Assembly (NCBI GenBank): GCA_030390025.1
Contig: CM059431.1
Coordinates: 109,432,001 to 109,496,000 of the forward strand
DNA from: Squalus acanthias
Lineage: Eukaryota
Reading direction: 5' to 3'
DNA: 64,000 nucleotides
The position numbers and the translations under genes are program-made. The notes below the pieces were generated by a model. It did not search any database. It was not told the DNA's origin and saw only the letters and a program-made list of their open reading frames with translations. Positions 24,947-37,499 of the stretch are shown one piece after another; position 1 is the first letter of the stretch, and each line of letters begins with the position of its first letter.

Positions 24947-26727
24947 GGCCGCGATTTCACCAGCCGGGGTGAGTCCAGTGCGGCCGGAGTAGACAGCGGC
25001 CTCAAACTCCGCACCCGTCTTCATCCCGCCTCCTCCAAGTGATTTTGCCCTGATTGGGCTTGTTAAGCCCGCCCTGCGAGGTTCCCAGCCAATTAAAAGG
25101 AAGCAGGTCTGATGACGTCATTTGAGGACGCGTCATCAGCCGGTTTCCTTAAAGGGGCCATGTCCACATTCATTTTGACAGTTGTGCTGTCAGTGTTCTA
25201 CAGCATTGAGGTGCTGCAAACACTGACAAACACTGCACAAAGGTGCACCGCTGCACCCAGGCTCTCCCAGGACTCCCTCCATATGCTTCTGGAGGGAGTC
25301 ACAGCATGCAGGGAGGTTCTCTTCCCTTCCAATGGGCGGAAGAGACCTCCCCAGAAGACCAACGCAGCCTGGTTGCACATTGCACAGGAGGGCACAAGAA
25401 GGAATGTTGTCAGGAGGACCCGGCTGCAGTGGCACAAACCTTTCAATGATCCCAGTAGATCACGAAACGCCACACTCAACCTCATCCTCCTGTGCCACTC
25501 ATCACATCCCCATCACTCTGCCTTCACTACCCTACTCCTGCACATCCTTACTCACACCAACTTACCTTGCATCTCCACCCATCCCTCTCTATATTATCAC
25601 TTCCCCATCTCACTAGCCACCCCTCACACTCACCCTCATCCTAGTCCAATCATACCAACTAACAACAGACAAGGGTAGGCACTTGGGTGTTTTAGCCAAT
25701 GTTCATGTAAACTTTCTGTTAATGTGTTGTCAAGCATTGAAATCCTTATTGTCACCACTTTGCCTTCTTGGACAGATTTGTGTGCACCTTTGAAAGTGTG
25801 TTAGTGAGTTCCAGTGAATGGTGAGACATAACGTTACCCACACCCCCTCCCCAATGGTGATGAGTGTGAAAGGAATGGCTTGGGCATTGTAGGGATGCTG
25901 TATGGTGCTGGTGTGGGGTGGTGCCAACCTGGTGCATCATGTGGCAGCCAGGGTGTACAGTGTCAAGTGATCAAATCTGGTCATGATGAGGCCATCACTG
26001 GCGTCCTAGGCAGCAATGTGCACGGCTGATGATGCCCTGTGTCCAGTGCAGCATCAGTTGATTGCAGAGAAGATTGGTGTGGATATTGGTGAGGCTGGTG
26101 TGCCTGGTGCTGCTGGTGTTAAGCTGATCGTGGTGGGATTCCGAGGACCAAGGTGAGATTTTTTCAAGGGCACCGATGCTGATGGAATAGATGGCAGGTG
26201 AGGTTGAGATGACAGAAGTAATCTGTCAATATTGAGATAGGTTGTTCCAATGAGGTGACAGTGGATAGAGAGATTACTCCAAACACTTCAAAAGTGCATA
26301 AAGCTCAAAAGTGGGTTCCAAATCATTAATGCTCCAGCTTCTAAGATTAGGAAGTGACCAGCTGTGAAATGGTAGGTTTTAGACCACTTTTTCAGCTTTC
26401 ACCCATTCACAGCAATCCACAGTCATTGAGAACCCGACGTAATTACCTGACGTGATAGCCGCTCTCCGGGAACCTCGTTGAAAACCTGGTAAAATGGTAA
26501 GTACATGAGAAAATGGTGCTTAACTGCCTTTTAATAAGCTTTTAAGTATCTAAATTGGCTGACCCGCTGCTTGGTGCTGGGTCTGTTCAGGGATGACAGA
26601 CCCGACACTTGGGAAACTGACAAGGAGGCGGGTTTACAGCGGGATACCGACCCGCTCTCAATCTTTGTGATTTTGACAGAGGACCCGCCTCCAAACCCAC
26701 ACTCTGAGCACCGGCAAAATTCAGCCC
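24947..26727 (+). mobile_element. Non-autonomous Harbinger element, family 1
   Basis: Termini GGCCGCGATTTC / AAAATTCAGCCC with TTA TSD. Myb/SANT remnant lies in ORF 25112..25678. Colinear with 8566-10333. Confidence 0.9.
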
Positions 26728-28222
26728 TTAGTGTGCGTATGAAGAAAGTTTACATTTTTGCTATAACGTCCCCCTATGACTTTAACAGTAATTGACGGCA
26801 AGGCATAGTAAGTGCTATCACTGCCCCTCGCTAATGTCTTGAGTGGTTAGCGCCCGAGAAAGTATCCTCATGCATTCAGTGAAGTATTTGAATTATAAGC
26901 TTGGTTTAACCACTCAGGTCTAAGGACGTTTCACACAGAGCAGAGAGGAATAGTCATTGCGAGGTGTAAAAAGAGCCCACTGAAGCTTGTGAAGGCTACA
27001 AACTCTTGGAACCATACCTTAAAAGATGATTCTTATGTCATCTGCAGAAAGAATTATCTGCAAAATCACTGTGGACCATTTTGTGATGAAACGAACTGAT
27101 TCAAATTACTGCCCTTTTTTGCTGTGCTACAATAAGGGTAAAACGCCAACTAATCCGGTAACTATCTGCATACATTACAAAGTAAAAATGAATTTCTGGT
27201 TTGTTAATTTAGAAAAAAGGGTTGCTGCAAAAACTGGGACGGTTTTAAAGGGGGAAGTTGGAGAAGCAGGCAGAACGTCACTGACTCTGGCAGGTCCTTT
27301 TAAGAGAGAAGCTTTGTGAAATAGAATGAGCTGCAGTGTCTAGTGAATGCTGGGTCTCACGAATGTGAGGAAAGAAAGCTAATGGAGGCACTGTTAATAT
27401 TAACAGCGTGATGTCTGATAACGAAAGTAGCTGCCAACATCCAAGAATCTAACCGCGTACAACAATAAACAGAAAATTATTCAATGAATTTCATACTTTA
27501 AAAAATGTGACCTTCCCTGAGGGTAAACAGTGTTCCGACACCATTGCACCATTAAGATGTTAAAACGGTTTCTTACTTTTTCTTTAAACTTTTTTTTTAA
27601 CTTATATTTTCGTGTGTGCCTATTTGCCTTTTGAGGTGAGGGATTGCTGAGGTCCAGGACACTGATCCCACAGAGATTCCATTAATTGCCCTCAGTGATT
27701 GTTTAACGCAGGTCTGGCAGATTTTAAGAGCTGCCTGTGCCTTACCCCATATAATATACCTTAACCCTAAGCTTCAGCAGCATGACATTTCCAATTACCA
27801 CACTCTCTGATTTTATCGTTTCTCCAAGTGATCATCAGATTAGTGACAGTTACTATTTATACATATTAAACATAGCCGATAAAATTAAAGTTACATTCTA
27901 TCCAATGTCACCTCCCATTGATCATTGTAATGATGCACTTTTGCAGGCTATGTAAACTGTATGTTTCACTTAGGGGGCCTATTTTTTTTCTCCATACTCA
28001 CAGACAAGGATAATCCTCAAACTAATTTTAAATTTGTGCACAGTTAACAAGCCGATCCTAATATTCCGATCAGTTGCAACCATTGATGTGATTCACCCTT
28101 TAGGTTTAAAATGCTCCCAGCAGCTCCTCCGATTAAAAAAAGCTTCTTTATGAAAATTTCTGTTCGAGCCTGTGAGACTCTTGACTCGATGCAGATTGAC
28201 GTCTGCATACAGTAGTATGTAC

Positions 28223-28378
28223 CAACGTTCCACCTAAGCTGTGCGCGTGCGTGGCCGCAGAGCAATCGGGTAGGTACCTCACAGGCCGCTCACAAGCAGT
28301 TCCCGCTAAGATAGCACGCGCGGCCACACAGCAAGTTTAAAGGTACCGCGCACAAAATAACATTTAGAAGGAACATTG
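28223..28378. mobile_element. hAT-type MITE
   Basis: TIR CAACGTTCC.CCTAA / TTAGAAGGAACATTG. 8-bp TSD GTATGTAC/GCATGTAC. Confidence 0.82.
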
Positions 28379-28556
28379 GCATGTACCCAACATCCACACA
28401 CCGTGAGCAACAGGAGTTGAGAAGGGGAGTTAATCCTTTGCATGCTTAAGAAATGTCTATTTTGGTGAGGCATAAGAGTGGAAGGAAGGTGCAGAAGAGA
28501 TTTACTAGAATGGTACCAGGGGTGAGGGACTTCACTTAAACTGGAGTTCTTCTCCT

Positions 28557-31500
28557 TAGGGGAGGGTTCAAACTAAGTTGGCAGGGGGATGGGCACCAGG
28601 ATGTAGCATTAGAAAGGAGAAACAAGGTGCACAAAGGATTGGGAGAGACAGATAGCTCTAGAGTAAGAAATAATACTGTATTAGGTGGGGTCAGACTTAA
28701 AGAGGATACAAGGAGGTCTAAGATAGGTTTACAGTGCATGTGTGTGAATGCATGAAGCATGGCAAATAAGCTTGGTGAGCTGCAGGCACAAATAGACACA
28801 TGGGAATATGATGTTGTGGCAATAACAGAGACCTGGCTCAAAAAAGGGCAGGATTGGTATTAAATATTCCTGGATATAAGATGTTCAGGAAAGATAGGGA
28901 AGGAAAGAAAGGAGGTGGGGTGGCAGTATTGATTAAGGAGAATATTACAGTGCTGGAGAGAGAGGATGTCCTGGAGTGGTCAAGGACAGAATCTGTTTGG
29001 TTAGAGTTTAGAAACAATAGAGGTGTCATTACACTACTAGGTGTATTCTATAAACCGCCAACTAGTGGGAAAGATATAGAGGAGCAAATTTGCAGGGAAA
29101 TTACAGAGAGGTGCAAGAACTATAGAGTAGTGATAATGGGGGACTTCAAATATCCTAATATAGACTAGGATAGTAATAGTGTAAAGGGCAGAGAGGGGGA
29201 AGAATTTCTGAAGTGTGTTCAGGAGAACTTTCTTGATCAGTATGTTTCCGGCACAATGAGGAGAAAGGCATTGCTGGATCTGGTTCTGGGGAATGAGGTG
29301 GGTCAAGTAGAGCAAGTGTCAGTCGGGAAACATTTAGGGAACAGTGATCACAGTATCATAAGGTTTAGATTAGCTATAGAAAAGGACAAGGAGTAATCTA
29401 GAGTAAAAATACTTAATTGGAGGAAGGCCAATTTCAGTGGGTTGAGAATGGATCTGTCCCGGGTAAATTGGAATCAAGGATTGGCAGGCAAAACTGTAAT
29501 CGAACCTTTAAAGAGGAGATGGTTCGGGTATAGTCGAGGTACATTCCCACAAGGGGGAAAGATAGAGCAACCAAAGCCAGAGCTCCCTGGATGACGAAAA
29601 AGATAAAGAGTAAGGTGAAGCAGAAAAAGGGGGCATATGACAGATGTCAGGTTGAGAATAGAAGTGAGAACCAGGCTGAATATAGAAAGTTCAGAGGGGA
29701 AATGAAAAAGGAAATAAGAGGGGCAAAGAGAGAGTATGAGAATAGACTGGCAGCTAACAAAAAAGAGAATCCAAAAGTCTTTTATAGGCATATAATTAGT
29801 AAGAGGAGGGGTGGGGCCGATTTGGGACCAAAATGGAGACCTACGCATGGAGGCAGAGGGCATGGCTGAGGTACTAAAAGAATACTTTGCATCTGTCTTT
29901 ACCAAGAAAGAAGATGCTGCCAAAATCATAGTGAAAGAGGAGGTAGTTGAGATATTGGATGGGATAAAAATTGATAAGGAAGAGGTACTAGAAAGGCTGG
30001 CTGTACTTAAAGTAGATAAGTCACCAGGACTGGATAGGATGCATCCTAGGATGCTGAGGGAAGTAAAGGTGGAAATTGCGGAGGTACTGGCCATAATCTT
30101 CCAATCCTCCTCAGATACTGGAGTGGTGCCAGAGGACTGGAGAATTGTAAATGTTGCACCCTTGTTCAAAAAAGGTGTAAGGATAAACCCAGCAACTACA
30201 GGCCAGTCAGTTTAACCTCGGTAGTGGGGAAGCTTTTAGAAACAATAATCCGGGACAAAATTAACAGTCGCTTGGACAAGTATGGATTAATTAAGGACAG
30301 CTAGCATAGATTTGTTAAAGGCAAATCGTGTTTAACTAACTTGATTGAGTTTTTTGATGAGGTAACAGAGAGGGTTGATGAGGGCAATGTGGTTGATGTG
30401 GTGTACATGGACTTCCAAAAAGCATTTGATAAAGTGCCACATAATTGGCTTGCCAGCAAAGCTGAAGCCCATGGAATAAAAGGGACAGTGGCAGCATGGA
30501 TACAAAATTGGCTAAGTGACAGGAAACCGTGTAGTGGTGAACGGTTGTTTTTCGGACTGGAGGAAGGTATACAGTGGTGTTCCCCAGGGGTCGGTACTAG
30601 GACCAGTGCTTTTCTTGATATATATTAATGACTTAGACTTGGGTGTACAGGGCACAATTTCAATATTTGCAGATGACACAAAACTTGGAAGTATAGTGAA
30701 CAGTGAGGAGGCTAGTGATAGACTTCAAGAAGACATAGACAGGCTAGTGGAATGGGCGGACACGTGGCAGATGAAATTTAACGCAGAAAAGTGCAAAATG
30801 ATACGTTTTGGTAGGAAGAACAAGGAGAGGCAATATAAATTAAAGGGTACAATTCTAAAGGGGGTCCATGAACAGAGAGACCTGGGGGTATATGTGCACA
30901 AATCATTGAAGGTGGCAGGGCAGGTTGAGAAAGTGGTTAAAAAAGCATACGGGATCCTGGGCTTCATAAATAGAAACATAGGCCGCGATTTTGCCAGCGC
31001 TTAGAGGGTGGGTTTGGAGGCGGGTCAGAGGTTAAATTCGTTTTGATTGATGACGGGTTCCGCACCCGCTGTCATCCCACCTCCACACAACCTTCCCAAA
31101 TGTCGGGTCCCCGATTTCCGAATGGACCCGTCACCTAACAGCGGGAAATGGATTAAAGGCAATTAATTGCCTATTAACAGGTACTTGTGAGCAGTTTTCA
31201 GGGTCTTTTTCGATTTTCCAACTTCTGGGTCGGGTTTTACGACATCCGGACAACACGCCAGGTAAGTGTGGCATGTTGTGAGTCTGGTCTGATGTTTGTG
31301 AAAAGATGACAGCTGCAGAAGTGGTGTGAAGGATCCAATGTTGCACATGGTGAGTTTCAGAGCACAGAAAATGTTGGTTACTTCATTTTTAATACATATA
31401 CAGCTTTCTTTAGCTTACAAGTTTTTAAATCCAACTGTATGTCCAGTGTCGCCTCATTGGGAGAACCTCTCTCACCAGTGACAGATCGCTTCTGTCATCT

Positions 31501-33167
31501 CATCTGCAGCTGCCATCAATTCCAGCAACATCGAAGCCAATGAAACAATCAGACCTTGGTCCTCCGAATCCTTCCACAATCACCCCCAACACCAACATCA
31601 CCAGGCACACCAACATCACCAACCTCATCACCAACCTTCGCCGCCATCACCTGATGCTGCACTGGACACAGGGCATCAGCCCCTGACAAAATTGCTGGCT
31701 GGGAGGCCAGCGATGGCATCACCATGGCCAGATTTACTTCACTTGATGCTGTAAACCCTGGCTGCCACATGATGCGCCAGGTTGACACCATCCCACACCA
31801 GCACTGTGAAGCATCCCTTTAATGTCCAAGCCATTCCATGCACACGCATCACTGTAGCGGGGCGGGGTGGGGGGGGGGGGGTGGGATTTATGACTGAACA
31901 ATCACTGGAACTCAGTGAGACACTTCTCAACGTGCGCTCAGATCTGTCCAATAAGGGGCACTTTTTGAGAAAGAGATTTCACTGTATGACAACACATTAC
32001 CAGAAACTTCACATGGACATTGGCTAAACCTTTCAAGTGCTGACCCTTGTGTGTTGTTAGTTGGTATGCTTGCAGTAGAATGAGGGTGGATAGTGAGATG
32101 GGGAAGTGATAAAGTAGATAGAGAGGGTTGGGTGGAGGTACAAGTTAAGTTGGTGTCCTGGGAGGTCTCTTCCACCCTTGGAAGGGAAGAGAACCTCCCT
32201 GCGTACTGTGACTCCATAAGCATATGGAGGGAGTCATTGGAGAGCCTGGGAGCAAGAGTTCACCTTTGTGCAGTGATTGTCAGTGTTTTCAGCACCTCAA
32301 TGCTGTCAAACCTGAAAAATCAACTGTCAAAATAAAATTGTGCATGGTCCCTTTAAGGTAACCAGCAGATGACGCGTCATCAAATGATGTCATCAGACCC
32401 GCTTCCTGTTAATTGGCCAGTAAACCCTCAGGGCGGGCTTAACTAGGCCAATCAAGGGAAAATCACGTCTGTAGAGCAGAGGCAGCTGGAGGCGGGACTG
32501 GAACCCGGAAACAAGTTGACCCGCCCCCATCCCGACACCAATGAGAAAATCGCGGCCATAGAGTACAAAAGCAAGGAAGTTATGATGAACTTTTATAAAA
32601 CACTGGTTCAGCCTCAACTGGAGTATTGTGTCCAATTCTGGGCACCGTACTTTAGGAAGGATGCGAAGGCCTTAGAGAGGGTGCAGAAAAGATTTACGAG
32701 AATGGTTCCAGGGATGAGGGACTTCAGTTACGTGGATAGACTGGAGAAGCTGGGGTTGTTCTCCTTAGAGCAGAGAAGATTGAGAGGAGATTTGATAGAG
32801 GTATTCAAAATCATGAGGGGTCAAGACAGAGTAGATAGAGAGAAACTGTTCCCATTGACGGAAGGGTCGAGAACCAGAGGACACAGATTTAAGGTGATTG
32901 GCTGAAGAACCAAAGGCGACATGAGGAAAAACTTTTTTACGCAGCGAGTGGTTAGGATCTGGAATGCACTGCCTGAAAGGATGGTAGAGGCAGAAACAAT
33001 CGTGACTTTCAAAAGGGAGTTGGATAAGTACCTGAAGGAAAACAATTTGCAGGGCTCCGGGGACAGGGCGGGGGAGTGGGACTAGCTGAAGTGCTCTTGC
33101 AGAGAGCCGGCACGGGCTTGACGGGCCGAATAGCCTCCTTCTGTGCTGTAACCATTCTATGATTCTA
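28557..33167 (+). mobile_element. CR1 LINE with nearly complete but disrupted ORF2 (APE + RT), interrupted by a Harbinger element
   Basis: YDVVAITETW, KKGGGVAVLIK, IMGDFKYP, SPGLDRMHPRML, GVPQGSVLGP and FADDTK. 3' tail ATTCTATGATTCTA at about 33154-33167. Confidence 0.95.
30981..32557 (-). mobile_element. Non-autonomous Harbinger element, family 1 (inverted), nested in CR1
   Basis: Perfect 12-bp TIR GGCCGCGATTTT / AAAATCGCGGCC with ATA TSD. Removing it restores CR1 FINRNI-EYKSKEV. Confidence 0.93.
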
Positions 33168-33169
33168 GA

Positions 33170-33355
33170 GGGGAGAAATTCACTATCGCCCCGCTTGGGA
33201 CGCTAATTTTTAAAAGTTTGAAAAGTATAACGATTTCAAACTTTTGAAAAATTCGTCTTTTGCACTCCAAGAAGGAAGTGGAGCGCTAAATCAAGTGTTC
33301 TCCCATGTTGCTGATTGCCATTCCTTCTTGCATTGCCGTCGGGAATTTTCCGCCC
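33170..33355. mobile_element. Possible short Harbinger-type MITE
   Basis: Termini GGGGAGAAATT / AATTTTCCGCCC. No matching TSD. Confidence 0.35.
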
Positions 33356-34852
33356 TCTGTTTCATGCTTTCAGACAGGGAAAACTGTGGGTTGTTTTTGG
33401 GCACTTTCTATTGGGTGTCTCAGAGCAGATATGCTGGAGGCCAAGAAACACATCCTTTATCTACCCTCCTTAACATGGCTGGTGCATGGGCTGGAAATCA
33501 TACCCTCATATAAAGTGCCTATCCACATGGAAGCATTTTAGTCTCAAGACACTGAGCACAGACTGCACGTGGACGCACAGAACAATTGCAGAAAATACAG
33601 CAGCAAAAGTGCTGCACTTGGGCAAGTTGCCAAATTTGCAGACATTCCTGTGCGCAAGGCAAATACAATTTGTGTGTTTGTATTACTAATGCACACTATA
33701 CACCTTAATATGGCAGTTGAAGTGTCCAATAACTTACTTTAAAAGAAAATACTGAAAATTCTTCAGACAACTGTTCAGGGTTTAGCAATGTCAGAGAATT
33801 TTTTTGTCCGGCTTAGCAAATTACAGGGTGTAGCTTGCTGAAGAAATTGTAGATTAATTAGATCAGGTGGTTGTAAATGGCTACCAGTATTTTATCCCCT
33901 TTTCCCCATTGTTTCAGTTCAGATGTTCTGCCTTCAGCTTTTCATCTGTTTGCTGGTTTTGTATCATATTGCAAGGCTTGCTTAGACAAGATTATTGTTA
34001 CATTAAATAAGTATCGTGCTATTTGGCACAGCAGGGCCTCATCGGGCCTTGCAATTTGCCTGTAGGGGCCTCGTCTGGAAGTTAAACACTCCCATAATTA
34101 GCTTTTGTGAACACAATGTATTATGATAGATTTATGTATAAAGACTGGGAAAATGGTAAGATGTTCCCGCATCTACACAGTGCTGCTTTAACTTGGGAGG
34201 GCAGAAAGGTGTTGGTTGAAGGTGTGCTCTTAGTGAGGCCCCTCAGGATCCCCTGCTGATTGCTCTCAGTTGAGGCAGAATGACAGGTCATCTCCAAGAG
34301 GTTAAAATGAAAATGGGTAGAAAATGTTCAAGGAACATCCCCTAACACTTCAAGCAGTGCAGTGCAGCATTTTAATAGATCCAGCAGGGTTTGGAGTTTT
34401 TCATTACAATGGTTGCTCTTCTGTTCTTTATTTCTGGCGTCCCTTACACTACCCATCGTTCCAAGTGCATGAAGAACAGACAGATGTTCAGTGATTTAAG
34501 AATGTTCCCTTCATCCAAGATGCCAGGGAAATTCAATACTTGTAGTATACCACAGGCTACACACCTTGCAATAACAAAACGAAGAAATAATGGGGGTGGG
34601 AGGAGGGGGAAGGAAAGATAAGCACTGTATTGTGCAGTAAAACTATTCCAAATTATTGTAATTTAGTTTTACAAACCTGGATCGAGTCCCTGGCCACCAT
34701 TTTAAAATACAAGGAACTGGAATTCTAGAGTACCACAGATAGGGGTCAATAATACAAATGCCTTTTTGTCAGAGTCGTGTCTGTGGAGAACAAAAAAGGT
34801 CAAACTTCATGGTGGCACAGCACTTTGAATCTTTAGTCAAGTTGGAATCATT

Positions 34853-35597
34853 GGCCCGAAAATTAGACCTAATACGCGAGAGTACGCACTGTGTACTCTC
34901 GCGTTTTAGGTCTCCAATTGCTGGTTTCCTGCATGCACTGCGCATGCGCGGGAAACCGGCACTTCGTGAATTCAAAAGGGGGCGGTTCCTAGGTGAACCG
35001 TGTGCGCGCTACAGGCTGCGCGCACGCAGTGCACTTAGTGCTTTGAACGCGCAGGTAAGCATGGAAGATTTTACACATAAAGAAAGGAGGTGTAAGACCC
35101 TCTTTTAACAAGGTAAGTAGTTAATTAAGTATTATTTTAAATTTTTTTCAACAGGTTTATCTTTTTTTAGAGACTTTAAAGAAAGGTAAGTTTATTTTTA
35201 TAACTTTTAAAAAGATTTTAAATTTTTTCAAAAATTTAAGTTTTTGTTTAAAGTGGTTAATTTATTTAACTATACTTATTTTATTAATGTGATGGCTTTT
35301 TTTAAAATTTAATTGAGGTTTAGCTGTTCTTTTGGGGGTGTGTAGGATTCATAGCTTTGACAGCCCTTGCTGTTAAAACTATGAATGAAAGATGGTGTGC
35401 TGCCATTGGCTCTAACTGAATCACGTGATCCCAGAGCTCGCACGAACTAATTGCGTCTCTGGGTCACGCAAGCACTGCACAGCTGCAGCCTTGAAACTAA
35501 AGTTCGTGTGGGCCCGGAGGAAAAAGGTAGGCGCAGAGTGAGATATCGCGGGGAAGCCTTACCCCCGCGTGAACACTCATTGTTTAATTTCTGGGCC
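34853..35597 (+). mobile_element. Harbinger-type MITE, family 3
   Basis: Termini GGCCCGAAAATT / AATTTCTGGGCC with flanks ATT/AAT. AT-rich core nearly identical to 40516-41252. Confidence 0.85.
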
Positions 35598-35660
35598 AAT
35601 ATGTGCTGTGCGACTGATTAGAGGTTCCCACTTGTGAGTCTTTGCAGAGTTTGCTCATTT

Positions 35661-36125
35661 CAGAGAATCATAGAAAGTTACAGCACGGAAGGAGGCCATT
35701 TCGGCCCATCATGCCTGCGCCGGCCAACAAAGAGCTATCCAGCCTAATCCCACTTCCCAGCTCTTGGTCCGTAGCCCTGCAGGTTAGAGCATCCCAAGTG
35801 CACATCCAAGTACTTTTTAAATGTGGTTAGGGTTCCTGCCTCTACCACCCTTTCAGGCAGTGAGTTCCAGACCCCCACAACCCCTCAAATCCCCTCTAAA
35901 CCTTCCCCCAATTACTTTAAATCTGTGCCCCCTGGTTTTTGACCCCTCTGCTAAGGGAAATAGGTCTTTTCTATCCACTTTATCTATGCCCCTCATAATT
36001 TTATACACCTCAATAAGGTCTCCCCTCAGCCTCCTCTGTTCCAAGGAAAACAGACCCAGCCTATCCAGTCTTTCCTCATAGCTAAGATTCTCTACTCCCG
36101 GCAACATCCTTGTAAATCTCCTCCT
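35661..36125 (-). mobile_element. CR1 3' fragment
   Basis: MLPGVENLSYEERLDRLGLFSLEQRRLRGDLIEVYKI plus CR1 tail. Confidence 0.9.
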
Positions 36126-36569
36126 TCAGCCATGTCATTGTGAGGAGATGCCGCACAGAAGTCAGACACTGTCCACAGGGAAGGGAGAAAGTTCAGAGGG
36201 ACAGCTGTATCAGTCCACTCTCCAGAACCGCCGACAGGCCAGCTGGACAGTAGCATTGCAGAAAGTCTATATCCTGTCCTCTCGACCAAGGATAATGTGG
36301 GTGGCAGGGAAACCAGTCGGAAAATGGAAGGAAAATAATAAATTAATTAAAAAGAAAAAAGAAAGGCTATTAAAAACATGTTACTCGAGAAGGGGTTTGT
36401 TCTGATCACTATTTATCTTGCTCTTGGAAGAATAAGTGGGAAGGAAAAGTAGGGATCTCGATCACCACAGGTACTGAACTGCATCTTGTATTACTGAGCA
36501 GATCTTCAAAAACATTTTCAGTGCCTAAAGTTTGGCATTAGATTACAACATTTATGACTACCAAATAAC

Positions 36570-36660
36570 AATGACTACACATCAAACGTAATTTGCGTGA
36601 AGGGCTTTGGGATGTCCTGAGGATGTGAAGGGTGCTGTATAAATGCAGGTCTTTCTTTTT
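36570..36660 (+). mobile_element. Deu-SINE/L2-type 3' tail remnant
   Basis: GCTTTGGGATGTCCTGAGG...GCTGTATAAATGCAGGTCTTTCTTTT. Confidence 0.65.
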
Positions 36661-37499
36661 AGTATAGAGCTGAAGATCTAATGCTCAACAGGTCGTAATC
36701 CAAATACTTGCCCATCAAGGAGTTGAGGGTGTCTGCCTGTCACTGATACAGGAACACTGGGATTAATGCAAGGCTTTAGATTTGATTTTGGATTAAGGTT
36801 GGAGGATCTAGGGGATGTTGGACGCTCCAGATCTGAAACGAGTTTAAAAACATTTAAAACTGCATTGCTGCATGAATAGGGAAATCTTCCAGGAAATCAG
36901 TTGCACACTGACCACTTAGACCAGCAGATCAGCCTGATTACTACAGAGAGCAGGGGGTGTAGGTACATACCCACCATGAGGGTCAAGTGCATACCTACCA
37001 TTCGGCCACAATGGGGCTGTATGTATACCCACAAGGGGAAAAACAAATACATATCCAGATAAATAATGATATGTATGAACATCTAAACCAGCAACAAACA
37101 ACAAAACAAAAAAAAACACCTAACTGTTAAGGAGTTGGTCCTTGCAGATGCTGCCCCCTCCTTTGTTGTGAGTCTTCCTTCAGCAAATAGAAAATGGCAA
37201 AATGTTTCACGCATGGCACTTTTATGAAAGTGACTCAAACATCTGAATAGGAATAATTTTGATTTTTTTTTCTCTCTAAGGTTAAATTGATTCATTCTGG
37301 ACATATTCATGACTGCAACGTAGCTGAATCTCAGGCGCTGCTTATAACGGGCGGCCGATCCGATAACGCCTGTTTTGCGCCACCGTCCGAGATGAATTTC
37401 TAGGCCTTCATATTCCTTCTTCGGTTTTGAACTCATCCTAATTGCCAGATGCCTTTACTATTCCAAGCTGAGAAAGTAATCAGCCTCGACGGTCGATCA

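Noticed and set aside
36955..37040. Three short (C/T)ATACC(C/T)AC motifs
   Set aside because: Short, irregularly spaced and without supporting structure.
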